DNA of 64,000 nt from an uncultured Methanosarcinaceae archaeon (GCA_963727895.1 CAVSHT010000007.1:64001-128000); one strand, 5' to 3'. Positions 46,491 through 58,154 are shown, counted from the stretch's first letter. Program-made: numbers and translations. The notes: generated by a model from the letters alone, not told the origin.

Positions 46491-47210
46491 ATGAGAAGAC
46501 AACTTTTTTACATTCCGTTTAGCCTTACATTCCTTCTTCTTTTAGTCTTTGTTCTAATTTTCGGGCTTAGTTTTCTCTTTTTTGGAGTAATTGTTTCAGC
46601 TTTTACGAAAATCGGTTTTTCTCTGGAAAATGCACTTCTGATCCTTGTAATGTCCCTTGTAGGAAGCAGCATAAACATTCCTCTAGCAACTCTCAAATCT
46701 GATATTCCGGTAGTTCGAGAAAATTACATCCGAGTCTTTGGTGTATCTTACAGGATTCCAGTTCGGCAAATTACAAGAAACGAAACGACAATTGCTGTCA
46801 ATGTAGGAGGCGCAGTTATTCCGGTTCTGATTTCAGTTTACCTTCTTACAAAATTCCCTTCTGCTCTCATGCTTGCAGGAGCTGGCGTCTTAATAGTTGC
46901 AATCATAACTCATTCCGTAGCGAAGCCTATTCGTGGGATAGGTATTGCAACTCCCGCTCTAGTTCCACCCCTTACAGCTGCCCTTGCTGCGATTTTGTTA
47001 ACTTCAATAATTCATATCCCAGGCTGTCCAGTTGACCAGTGCCGTGTCGTCACTGCCTATGCAGGAGGGGTACTTGGTACTCTTATAGGAGCCGATCTTC
47101 TTAATCTGGGAAAAATAAAGAATCTGGGAGCACCTGTTGCAAGCATAGGAGGAGCCGGAACTTTTGATGGAATATTTTTAAGTGGGTTCATTGCTCTCCT
47201 TTTGATATAA
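46491..47210 (+). CDS. DUF1614-family membrane protein
   Basis: GSSINIP, IAVNVGGAVIP, GTLIGADLL, SIGGAGTFDGIF. Confidence 0.88.
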   Translation: MRRQLFYIPFSLTFLLLLVFVLIFGLSFLFFGVIVSAFTKIGFSLENALLILVMSLVGSSINIPLATLKSDIPVVRENYIRVFGVSYRIPVRQITRNETTIAVNVGGAVIPVLISVYLLTKFPSALMLAGAGVLIVAIITHSVAKPIRGIGIATPALVPPLTAALAAILLTSIIHIPGCPVDQCRVVTAYAGGVLGTLIGADLLNLGKIKNLGAPVASIGGAGTFDGIFLSGFIALLLI

Positions 47211-47313
47211 AAAAATAGGAAAAGCGATTAGAAGATTCAAAACACAGAAACAGAACTAAAAAAGAAAAAAGGAAGAGAAAAAAGAGGTTTAAAGTGATTA
47301 TTCTTTTTTAATC

Positions 47314-48630
47314 TTACTTCTTGAGGGTTATTTTCTTAATCCCTTTTTTTAAAAGAATCTGGCATAAAACAACCCCAAAAATTCCTGTAAGTATCTCGAA
47401 ACCAGGAGTTTTTGCGGAAGTTTTGGTTCCAGCTTCTCCTTTAGGAATAGTGTTATTGTCTTTGGAATCTTCAACCTTAGAATTAGTATTATTAAGTGCC
47501 ATTTTTGTTACATTTGTTTCTTTTTCAAGGGTCTTATTTCAGTGGCTCCTATAATAGAATTATCTCCTATGTATGTTTCCTATTGTAATATCGGTTGCTG
47601 GGTATATAACATAGCCTTCTGGAGAAGTGCTGCCTTTTCCTTCATCTGAGGTCTGGAAATACCATGAATCGGTAAAGTAATTCTTAACATCTTTATCAAG
47701 ATCTAAAGTAATAGATTTTGAGTTTTTCAGGACAATTTCATTTTCTGAAGCTTCTTTTACCTCAAAACCCTGATAATCGTCACCGGTTTTTATCTTCATC
47801 ACGTTATCTTTGTCAATTAGCCAGGTGTACTTGAAAACTGCAAAAGACTCATTAGCACTCGTGAATACAGAGTCAACGTATGTAGTAAAGTAAATCTGGT
47901 CTGTTTTATCACCAATGTCTGCAGTTGCAGCAAACGTTTTATCATTAACTGTCCCATTCGCATCAACAATTGCAGATTCATATTCTTTTCCGTTTTTATA
48001 CAGTGAGAACCAGACCTTTTTACCATCTACATCAACCTGATGAACTGTAAGAGAATAGTTTTTACCAAGATCCCAAGATTCTCCGGTCTTTAATACTTTT
48101 TTCTCTCCGGAAACTTGAGAGATCACCAGGTTTGTAAGCTGAGTAGCATCGCCTCCAACTGCGATATATGGTTTTCCGAACCATCCAAGTTTATAGTAGA
48201 ACATTTCTCCAAGTTTTGAAGGAGTTGTTTTGGGATTTAGTTCAAGATCGGAAATAAGTTCATATTTGAAGGATAAAGGAAGGGTAGAATATACGAGCTC
48301 ATCTTCGCCTATTACATGGTTTCCAGGATGTTCTTTTCCAAGTTCATCTTGCCCATCTTTTTCTACATATTGAAGGCGTTCCCCAGTCCAGTTTTCAGAA
48401 GCTATGATGTTTTTATTCTGGTTTACAGGATAAAAAAAGCCACCAAAAGTAGTAGCGTTCCAGCTAAAACCATCAGGTGAAGTTTCATTAGTGTCGAAGG
48501 AAATTCCAGAAATAGCTGGAGCTGAACCTGGAGCTGCAAATCCATATGGTACTAGCATCAGACAAACTGTGAGCGAAGCAAACAGTAAAAGTAAAGTTTT
48601 GTGATTATTGGGTTTCATACAAAGTATCAC
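47314..48630 (-). pseudogene. S-layer-domain protein with PGF-CTERM anchor, frameshifted before the anchor
   Basis: WNATTFGGFFY and VHQVDVDGKKVWFSLYKNG S-layer repeat; TPGFE-TM-KK tail lies in a separate ORF, 47314-47502. Confidence 0.75.
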
Positions 48631-48940
48631 TTATTTGTATTTGATATCGCACATACAAACATGATATAATGAAATATATGAATAAATATTATAATTTATA
48701 AATTAAAATGTAACAACACATAAATCCAAATAGTTAATAAGTTTTACTAATTTGAATTAAAAAGCAAAAATAATAAGATCTTTTACATAAAACTAGAATA
48801 TAAAAAATTATCAGCTTATCAACCAGAGCCAACAAGAATTGGAAATTAGGAATAAAGGTAAAAATCAATAAAAAAGTTTGTAGATTGAAAATATAGGCTC
48901 AATTAGGATTAACCTTTCACCCTGAACCGAAGCAGATCTG

Positions 48941-49053
48941 CAACCCTTTTCCAAAAAGACTTGGCCACAAACCTTTTGAGAAAAGGCTTGACCGCAAACC
49001 TTTTGAGAAAAGGCTTGACCGCAAACCTTTTGAGAAAAGGTTTGATCGAAAAC
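48941..49053. repeat. Tandem array of 4 x 27-bp hairpin units
   Basis: CAAACCTTTTGAGAAAAGGCTTGACCG repeated head to tail with no spacers; each unit has a CCTTTT/AAAAGG stem. Confidence 0.88.
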
Positions 49054-49138
49054 CCTGGCAACGTTTGGATTTAATAATCTTATCCCCAAACCCTATCGGC
49101 GTGATCAACCGGCGCAACGGTTGTGCTTGACCTAAAAA

Positions 49139-50191
49139 TTATCCTCTTACTTTGAACCGTAGCAGTGCTGCGACTCCACCCAACTTATGGAGCTTTTCTC
49201 CGGGTTCAAAGTCCGTGCTGAAAACAACAACCTTCCCCTGAGCTTGCTCGACTTCCATGAGGAGTTTATCAATATCCTCTCCTTTTTCCCGTCCTTCACG
49301 CAATGTTTCGTCGGCAACAAGCAGGGTTTCGACAGCCCCGAAATTGAGAGCATTCTTAACATCTGCAAGACCATAGGCAGCCTTTCCGTCCATTGAAATC
49401 TCACGAATTAAGTCCTCCATCAAGGATGATTCGCGGGCTATACGAGATTCCTGCATAATCCTGTCCACTGCACCTCTTCGCAGAACTTCTTGAAAACCGG
49501 ACATTCCTATCATGGAGGTATCTTCGATCAGAGCTTTTGAAGCCATAGCCGGTTCGAGTTCCTGAAAATATTTCACAAAATCTTCTTTAGTAAATCCAGG
49601 TCCTGCAATAACTATAGACGCTTCTTCAGGAACTGCATGTTTGAGCTGTTCTACAACTTCTCTGAAAAACTCATTTCTCAAGCCAGTTTCTCGCTTTCCT
49701 GAGGATTGTCGGATATGAGAATATATCTCTATTCCGTAGTGATGCACAAAACCAATATCTGCATCTCCTTCCTCTATTGCGACCATAACGACTTTTGGGC
49801 GTTTTGAAGCTTCTTCAGCATCCTTAATTCGCTGGAACTGGTCATTTTTCCAGTGTTCTTTAATGATAGATATATTGGTTCCGATTTCTACATTGAGAGT
49901 ATGAAAAGAACCCACATCCATTCCGTGTTCTATCATTCCATGTATCCGTAGCCGGTTAGCAAATTTATGAAATTCAATATCGTCAACTCTTATTCCTAAT
50001 CTAACCTTTACTTTCTCAACTTTTTCAGGGCGGATTTTATCACTTGCACTATCAGCTTTTCTTTTGGTAACTGAAAAAATCAGATCCCCTTTTTCGACTA
50101 TATATTTAAGGTGCCAGAGATCGTCGAGGGTTTCGGCAGTTACTGAAATTTCTCCCTCTCTTCCTTTAAGGGAACGATTTGTAACTCTCAT
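49139..50191 (-). CDS. pelA: mRNA surveillance protein pelota
   Basis: ETLDDLWHL, HTLNVE, IAGPGF, AAYG, LGGVAALLRF. Confidence 0.95.
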   Translation of the reverse strand: MRVTNRSLKGREGEISVTAETLDDLWHLKYIVEKGDLIFSVTKRKADSASDKIRPEKVEKVKVRLGIRVDDIEFHKFANRLRIHGMIEHGMDVGSFHTLNVEIGTNISIIKEHWKNDQFQRIKDAEEASKRPKVVMVAIEEGDADIGFVHHYGIEIYSHIRQSSGKRETGLRNEFFREVVEQLKHAVPEEASIVIAGPGFTKEDFVKYFQELEPAMASKALIEDTSMIGMSGFQEVLRRGAVDRIMQESRIARESSLMEDLIREISMDGKAAYGLADVKNALNFGAVETLLVADETLREGREKGEDIDKLLMEVEQAQGKVVVFSTDFEPGEKLHKLGGVAALLRFKVRG

Positions 50192-50224
50192 GCCTTTTTC
50201 CTTCCGTTCATTTCAATTTCTTCT

Positions 50225-52522
50225 TTACTTACTTCTATATTCATTTTCAATTTCTTCGTTATCTTCAGGTTCGTTCTCGATTTCTAGAACCTCATGCTCC
50301 TCACTTTCGTGTTCCTCACCCTCGTGTTCTTCAATATTCTCTCCCTTTCGTTTTGGCTTCTGGTCCTTTAAGTCTGATTCACCTGGTGGAATCATCATAG
50401 CTATTTGATCAGGAGATGCAATCTGCTTTACGAAACGTGGGTCACTGAGTTCATCAGCATAAATTCTGTAGATCTTTTTTGAAATGTCGTTCTGATTAAA
50501 AGCTCCAGGTACTATTTCGAGAATATAATCTCCATGCTTCCTAACAGCAGATGCTGGTCCGCCTATAACTCTTGTTTCACCTTTGAGTTCAAGCCCAACC
50601 GCAATGCCAAGAGGAATATCCTTAAAGTAATTGCGTTCTCCACGGATAATGAAAGCACCTTTTTTCACATACTCTCCTGATTCAGGGGTCTTACTGACCT
50701 GCTCAGATTTGACCCAGTAACAGTCTCCGCTGAAATGCCCGGCTTTCCAGAGGCTTGAATAAGAAACTGCAAATTGTGCAGCTTCCTGTAAGGTAGATTC
50801 AGGAACGTCTTTTCCTCCGGTTTTGATAACTGTGAGAGGGGCTCCTGGAGTCTGAGTATGGAAGACCAGATCTCTCTTTTCCATATATTTTTTGAAAATC
50901 TCCTCATTTGTGTCTGCATCCCTGCCTCCTACAACAAAGAAGTCATCTGAGGATACAAACCACCTGAATCTATCATACCAGTGCTTTTTCCGGGATGCAT
51001 GAAGCTTCTTTCCTGCCTTTGAAGCCTTTGCCACAGCTTTTTTTTCCATAGCTTTTCTGGTATCTTCGATAGCTTTGATAGCGCCGTCTTTTTTCTTACT
51101 AAATTTTTTCACTTTTTCATAATATTCCTGAGCATTCTGAGGTACTGTTTTTCGGATGTCAATATTAACCCTCTTTCCTTCAATATCTACAGTTATAGTT
51201 CCGGTTTTAGGGTCGATGTTTGTGATCTTTTGTGCATCAGGCATAGTCTTCTTAGCCTGCTTCAGAATGGACCGGATCTCGTCCCAGGAATATCCTTTAG
51301 CCCTTGCACCATTGAGTACGGAAAGAAGTTCTTCAATAACCTGATAATTTGCGTAAACTGTTTCGGCAAGGGTGTTATTTTTTTGGATTTCTTTTTCGAA
51401 CTTTGAAAGGCTTTCTTCCTGCTGGAGAAGTCGTCTTTCGTAGACTCCAAGAGTTTTTTCTTTTTTCTGAGCCGCTTTTACTTCTTCAACCTTTTCAAGC
51501 GATTTTTTCCCAAAAAACTCATCAAGTGCCGTGTTAAATGAATCAAAATATTCTTTTTCAAATTCTGAATAGCGAATAAGATCAAAAGGTAATACATCGA
51601 AGGTTTCCAGCTTTCCATTAATTTCCTTTTTCACATGCTGGGGCTTGAACTTAGGAGTCTCGCCTTCAACTTCTATTTCTGGTTTAAGTTCAGGTTCAAG
51701 TTTAGCCTCGGTTGCAGTTTTAATTTCAGTTTCAGGTTTAATTCCAGTTTCGGCTTTTGCTTCTTTTTCTACTTCTTCTACTTCTGAGGAACCTTTTTCA
51801 CCGGCTTCTGCCATCAAAAGCGGGGAAAAAAGATCGTGCATGGCATTACAAAGTCTTGATGCATCCTCTTCAGTTGCTTCCTTTGAAGGCTTTGATTTGT
51901 CAATTCCTGCCCTGGCACAGATTTCTTCTGCCAGAACTCCACCCAGATTGAACCTTGTGGCTACAGTCCGCACAATATCAGCTGTAGATATAGAAAACTC
52001 TTTCATAAGGTCCCAAACTTGAACTTTAAGAGGACTGATCTGTGCCTCAGGAAGTTCGTAAATTTCTCCACTCCGAAGCCGCCTGTCTCTCATGGTTACA
52101 GGATTCATAGGCAGGATAATCCTGTTTTCCGAATCTACAATAAGTATATTCCCAGGGGCGAAAAGCTCCACAATAAGAGTACTCTTCACTCCCCCTCTCT
52201 CAATCCCTATCTTTACTATCCTGTCAAAATCGTGCTGCTCCACAAATGTGATCCTTCCCCCCAGCAGGTATTTTCTAAGCAGCATTGGAAAAGCCTGGGG
52301 GAGCGTTGGGCTTGCCCTTAGATATTTACTTAAATGAATGCGCTTCCCAGCCTCAATAACCAGGTTGTCCCTGCCCTGGTGAAAAACGTAAAGGTTGATG
52401 CGAATCTCCTCGTTCGCGGGCTGATATATCTTCCCTATCTTCGCATCAATTATGGATTTTGGCCCTGCTGACAGCTCGGCAACAACTGCAGCAACGTCGG
52501 CGCTCGACATATCCTGTTTCAT
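50225..52522 (-). CDS. rqcH: Ribosome quality-control protein Rqc2/NEMF (RqcH)
   Basis: MSSADV, FPMLLRKYL, FDRI, WYDRFRWF, GGRDADTNE, SKTPESGEY. Confidence 0.92.
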   Translation of the reverse strand: MKQDMSSADVAAVVAELSAGPKSIIDAKIGKIYQPANEEIRINLYVFHQGRDNLVIEAGKRIHLSKYLRASPTLPQAFPMLLRKYLLGGRITFVEQHDFDRIVKIGIERGGVKSTLIVELFAPGNILIVDSENRIILPMNPVTMRDRRLRSGEIYELPEAQISPLKVQVWDLMKEFSISTADIVRTVATRFNLGGVLAEEICARAGIDKSKPSKEATEEDASRLCNAMHDLFSPLLMAEAGEKGSSEVEEVEKEAKAETGIKPETEIKTATEAKLEPELKPEIEVEGETPKFKPQHVKKEINGKLETFDVLPFDLIRYSEFEKEYFDSFNTALDEFFGKKSLEKVEEVKAAQKKEKTLGVYERRLLQQEESLSKFEKEIQKNNTLAETVYANYQVIEELLSVLNGARAKGYSWDEIRSILKQAKKTMPDAQKITNIDPKTGTITVDIEGKRVNIDIRKTVPQNAQEYYEKVKKFSKKKDGAIKAIEDTRKAMEKKAVAKASKAGKKLHASRKKHWYDRFRWFVSSDDFFVVGGRDADTNEEIFKKYMEKRDLVFHTQTPGAPLTVIKTGGKDVPESTLQEAAQFAVSYSSLWKAGHFSGDCYWVKSEQVSKTPESGEYVKKGAFIIRGERNYFKDIPLGIAVGLELKGETRVIGGPASAVRKHGDYILEIVPGAFNQNDISKKIYRIYADELSDPRFVKQIASPDQIAMMIPPGESDLKDQKPKRKGENIEEHEGEEHESEEHEVLEIENEPEDNEEIENEYRSK

Positions 52523-52686
52523 GAAGTGGATATAATAGAGGCTTTTGGTATAAGCATTACTGAAGAATTTAATGAAATTAGATGTAAAGTGAAGCGGCTC
52601 AGTACTCATGTTTGGAGGCTCCGCACGCTTCGAGCTTCATCATGGCTATTTTCTATATACAATGTAAGTGGTAAAATAAAAAGTGG

Positions 52687-54440
52687 TTACAGTTCCTTCA
52701 ATAGACGGAAACCAACGTAGCTGTCTCGATCGCCGACGCCGCGTCCAACGCGAAAAGCCGACCGGCAGTATCCGGCACTATTGCCACAACTGCCACCCCT
52801 AACCACACGGAAGGAGCTGTTTCCATCTTCCCAAGCACGACCATCAAAAGGAGCTCCTTTTTTATAATTATCATGCCACCTGTCCTGAACCCATTCCTAA
52901 ACATTACCATGCATGTCAAAAAGACCCAAGCGATTTGGTTTTTCGGGTCAACTGGATGAGTTCTACCACCTGAGTTTGTATCTCAATATGCGTAATCCTC
53001 AATACATATATCGTCACTAAAATAATAATTTGTAGTTGTTCCTGCACGACATGAATACTCCCATTCAGCTTCAGAAGGAAGACGGTACTTGTCGTTGCCT
53101 TCCATTTCATTGATCATTTTGAGGAATTCTTGGATTTGATTCCAAGAAATATATTCTACAGGTAGAGACTCGCCTTTGAAATTTGAAGGATTATTTTCCG
53201 TAACCTTCTCCCACTGTTTTTGAGTGAATGGATATTTACTAATATAGAAAGAGTTTCTTATTTTTACTTTGTGAACTGGACCTTCGTCTTCATGGGACCA
53301 TCCCTGCTTTTCCAAAAGCGACCCCATCATAAATTTCTCCGGCTGGGATAAGTACGAATTCCATATCTGTAGAAGGGCTGATGAAGGTTTTTGGAATTTC
53401 GTGTTTGTTGGTGTCTTCAGGAATCTCGATAGTCTCATATTTCGAGTTCCTTAAATTATAAATATTAACATTTTCCTTTTCATGTTGACTTCCAGAACTT
53501 ACGTATATTCCTTTAAGTTGCTGTATAGATTCAATGTAGTTTTCGTGAGAAAGGTCTCCTTTCAGAAAAGAAGTAAGTAAACCATGTACAGTTTCATCAA
53601 CAGGCTCAAGGGTACTTTGAGCCTCATAATATTTTCTCAGGACTGTCTGGGACTCATTAAGTATTGAGGGAGAAAATTTGTATTTAAGGTATTTCTCGAA
53701 TAAATCTCTCTTTTTAAAAGCATATTCGTTTTCTCTAATTTAAAGAGGGTTTTTTCCAATGAAAAATGGTCCTTCTATGCTTCCTTCCTTTTTTGGAGAC
53801 TGGGAACAACTCTCAGTTGTCTTTTCAAAAGCATAGTCGTACAAATCGTCAATAGAGATTTTACCTTCACCTCTTTTACCAGCTTGACCTTTCTCCAATC
53901 CTTCTATCAAATAGTAAGTGAAGATTCCATGTCCTAACTTTTCCTCTTCTTTTGCAGTTGGAGAACCAGTCAATCCGGTTGAAGTAAGAATGATTGTTCC
54001 TGAACCGGAATGTTTTTTCAAAGCTTCCATCACATCAGAAACATCTCCATTTGTATTCGGTTAAGATACGATCTATAAAAAATGTGTTATATTTGTTGCC
54101 ATTTCTGTAAACCTATAAATGTAAATCGAGATGCATAGATTATTGCAGTAGTCATTATAACGTTAACAGATTCCTTAACCGAATACAAATGGAAACATCT
54201 CTAATTCCGGCGACACCACTATAGCAACAATCAAGAACGATAATAACAGACTTAAGTGTTGGATATTTCATGCACCTGTTAATGTAATCAAAATTTAACG
54301 AGGTTGCCAGAGGACAATCTTCTCTAAAATCCTTGAATAGCAAACGCAGTCCATTGTCGAGATGTTTTTTCCCATGGCCTGAGAAGTAAATGAAAACAAG
54401 ATCGTCATGATTCGCATTTTTCAGTATTTTTTCAATTTTG
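52687..54440 (-). pseudogene. C-terminal part of a caspase (C14)-linker-FGE/CLec fusion gene; carries a MITE insertion, stops and frameshifts
   Basis: Catalytic motifs YFSGHG and LDCCYSG; HGIFTYYLIEGL; then MEFVLIPAG, YRLPSEAEWEYSCRAG, DMHGNV.EWVQD, RGGS...CRSA...GFRLLKEL. Confidence 0.9.
54048..54191. mobile_element. 144-bp MITE with IS4/ISH8-like ends inserted in the caspase gene
   Basis: Perfect 18-bp IRs CATTTGTATTCGGTTAAG; 10-bp TSD GAAACATCTC; excision restores GIRDVSDVMEA in frame. Confidence 0.92.
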
Positions 54441-55180
54441 GGCATTGGTAATCAAAAATAGATATATATGCTTATAACATATATTTCTTCATGAACTGCC
54501 CAAAATGTAATAGTTCCAGTCACAAAAAGAATGGTATAGTTGGTGGTCGTCAACGCTACAAATGCCATGATTGTGGATATAACTATACAGTAGAGCTAAA
54601 ATCAACTGCTTTTTCCACCTCTGTTAAAAACAGGCTTTACAACTTTGCCTTGAAGGATTGGGCTTTCGTTCAATAGGAAGAGTTTTAGGGGTTAGTCATG
54701 TTTCTGTCCAAAGATGGATAAAGAAATTTGGTCAAGAGTGAGAGAACCTAAAAAGTGAAAGTGAGATATCTATTGTTGAAATGGATGAGATGCACACTTA
54801 CATCGGTAACAAAAAAAAATATTGCTGGATCTGGATTGCTGTTGATAGAGTTGGGAAAAAGTTTATCAACTGCTCTTTTGGTAGCAGAGGAACGGAAACT
54901 GGAAAACTACTCTGGGAAAAATTGAAGAAAAAAGAGATTGGAGAAGTGATGACCTATCACTGGAGGGCATATGCAGAGTTTCTTCCAGAAAAGAGTCATA
55001 CTCAATCCAAAGCAGAAACGTATACTGTTGAAGGATATAACAGCATATTGAGGCATTTTTTAGCAAGGTTGAGAAGAAAGACAAAGTGTTATACGAAGAG
55101 TCTTGAAATGCTAAAGTACTCGGTTATTATATTGATGAAATACAGAAATAAAGAGTTAACTATGTTTAGTTAACAATACC
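54441..55180 (+). mobile_element. IS1-family element, copy 6
   Basis: GGCATTGG...CAATACC ends; A9 at the slippery site; upstream frameshift and stop; flanks do not match each other. Confidence 0.95.
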
Positions 55181-55182
55181 CT

Positions 55183-57921
55183 CGAAATTTATCTGAAGGA
55201 ACAACATTTGTTGGATTAATTTCCGAGAAACCGATAGTTTTTGCATGTTCGATGCAAAAAGAAAATATCTTGAGTAAAATCAAATCAGATATTAAAAAAA
55301 TTGTGGGTTCTGGAACCCAAGTTGAATCAATTTATTTTTTCTTAACTTCTGGAGTTCCAATATCTCTAAACCATAAATTAAAGGACTGGACAAAGGAAAA
55401 ATACTTAATTTCTTCAGAAATTATTGATGGTCAAGCTATTTCTGAATTACTTGCAGACAGAAAAATATTCTGGATTGCAGAACAATATCTAGGTATTCCC
55501 AGTGAAATTTTTCCTAGGGCATTCAATGAGAAGGATTGGCATCAGAAGTCACTAAATAAATGGAAGTCTCTTGATTCTCCTAATTATAACTTTGCGGATT
55601 TTCATGAAGTGAAATCCGCTGCACGCCACGCTATATTTTCAAGAGATGCAAATCAAGACATACTTTTCTGGATAGGCATTTTGGAAAAATTCAGGAAGAA
55701 TAAATTTCTGGAGTTATTGAGGAAAACTGTTTATGAGATTTCTGTAGCTAAACTAAGGGGTCTTGGAACGTTAGAACAAGAAGAAGACTATATTCGGGAG
55801 TATTTTTGTGAGATCTCAAACTTAAATAAATCTGTTGATTTGGAAGATGCCAATAGCCTACTAACTTACTGTATTGCGGCATATTTCCAGAATTTAGTCA
55901 GGTTGAAGCCTGAAGAACCTGATAGTTGGCATAATGAATTAACCCAAAGAGTTGATGAGCTATTATCTAGTACTACAAAACCTGGGTATAAATGCTCGCT
56001 TTTAGACATCAGAGGATGTATCTCTCTTTATATCATCAATTCAGTTACATAAAATCCACTTACGCCGCTTGATGTTGAAACTGCAATTGAATGGTGGATG
56101 CAATTCGCTGATAATGTAAAAAATGCTCCTTTATTCCCATTGAGGAGATTTGCTGACCGTCTAACGGATCTAATATATTTAATAGGATGCAGTACAAGAT
56201 ATGGTAAAATTTCTGAAAAAATAGATACAGTTCTGTCTGAAAGATATGGAAATTTTGTTGCAGCTGAAAAATGTAGAGACAGGGCCATACAATTTTACAA
56301 AAATAAAAATATTACAAAAGCAATAAATCAACTTCATCAATCAAAAGTTAAATGGTTTTCAGAAGAAACACTAAGAGGGTCAATTCTTTCAATTTTGCTG
56401 ATTTCAGAGTGGTATAAAGAATTAAATCTCGCATTTGCTGCTAAATATTACGCTTTAGCAGCTGCTTTTATCTCATCTAATTCTTCTGACCCTCTCATTC
56501 TTTCCTATTTGCCAAAAGCTTTAGTTCAAGCTGCTGAATGTGACTATTTACAGGGCTCATGGTTAGGTTATTTACATTTATCGGATATAGGTTTTAGTAG
56601 TCATTGTACTTTTTCTCCTGATGTAGGAAATCTGGAAAAGGATAAAGTTTTTGAAAGGTTTTTATTCCATACAACCACACTCATTTCGATAACAAAACAA
56701 ATAGATTCTCAATTGTTTGACTATGTAATGGAATTTGTGGCAAAGTGGAATATTGAAGACTATCTCGAAGAAAATATTTCTATCTCACAAAAATTCTGGT
56801 CGGAGAAAAGTCTATCTGAAGTTTGGGGAACTCTTAACTATAATTTATTAGGAATGCCCTTTGGAGATGTTGGTAATCTTCGTGAAGTTACTTGGTCTGA
56901 ACTTGGAATTATATGGAAAGTAAAGTGGAATAATAGTTACTGTACAACATCGATCTGTGAGCAATTTATTGCAGTTTTACAAATTTTACTTGCAGATTTG
57001 GCAGAAACTGATTTATGTTTGATGAAAACTGAAGTTAATATTTTTATCATTTTTGATAAGGTTCCTTCTCCAAGTGTTAAGCCCAGAGTGTCAAATTCAA
57101 TACGATATTGGGAAATAACATTGCCTCTAAATCCTACCGAAAGTATGATTACTTATGAAAAACTCGAACTTTACGTTGTTTCTGCTGCTTCTCGTATTTT
57201 GTTTGAAGTCTCTTTATTGCCTGAAGCTAAGTTTAATTAAGTAATTGAAAGCTCCTTTAAGAATGGTCTTTCGATGAAGCTATTTGTGGGCCAAACATAC
57301 GAATTTTTATATTGTTATTTTATTGATGAAAAATTTTTTAATGAAACTCGGTTAAGTGGCTTACAGGTTCCTCATTCTCTCCATCCATTCAGATCAAAAT
57401 ATGATGAAAAGCTTCCATGGTTTGATGGTCCTATTTCTGGGTATAGTAAAAAAATAGCTGAAAAATACCTTCATGATAGGTATTCAAACGTTATTCCTCC
57501 TATTAAATTCACATTAGGAAGATTATCAAAAAATCAGCAACTTATATCGATGTTGAGTAAACTACGTTTAGAAGGTTGGCTGGATTGGCATATTTTAGCT
57601 GCCATCTGTATGATAACTGTTAATTATCGTATGAATTTACAAATCAAACCGTTTATGAATAAAGCTGAAATTAACAAGTTATTTAATATTTGTTTATCCA
57701 AGTCTGAAGATGAGTTTGATCCGGAGATCCCAATTTCTGAGTTTACAATGGAAAATATTCAAATATCTCTTAAAGTAAATATGATATCAACACTGAAACT
57801 TCTAGGACTAGAATGCCACCAAATAACTCCTGATTTTGATGGTATTGAACATTTTTTGCGCTACAGATGTAATTATTGGGATGACGACTTGGAGCATGAT
57901 GATCCATTTGTGTCTGATTAG
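55183..57921 (+). pseudogene. Large (>900 aa) hypothetical protein, 5'-truncated by IS1, with two in-frame TAA stops
   Basis: ORFs 55252-56052, 56098-57240 and 57274-57921 share one frame, which is open back to the IS end (RNLSEG...IVFACSMQK). Confidence 0.8.
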
Positions 57922-58154
57922 GGAGTTGAATGAGGTATTTCTCAAATGCTTTAGTGGTCAAAAACTCTGGATTTTGTGATGCTCAATAAACTTCAAAACA
58001 GCGGCGCAATCGAAGATTTTCGGTCGAAAAATTTTAGGGGGGCTGGGGCGGAAATATAATAAAAGGTTATATCTCTCCGAAATCCTCTTTACCAGATCTA
58101 TTATCTTCTTTTCTTGCCATCATTTCACTCTAGCATACGTTTAAATGATAACAA

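Noticed and set aside
48941..49053. Possible CRISPR array
   Set aside because: The units are contiguous with no unique spacers, and there are no cas genes in the window
48865..49117. Short ORFs with repeated QAFSQKVCG / SLFSKGLR peptides
   Set aside because: Translation artefacts of the 27-bp DNA repeat
52615..52638. DGR-type hairpin downstream of the variable region
   Set aside because: Only a 7-bp stem with a mismatch; too weak to call
56050..57240. Pyrrolysine read-through of in-frame stops
   Set aside because: The interrupting stops here and at 53740 are TAA, not TAG
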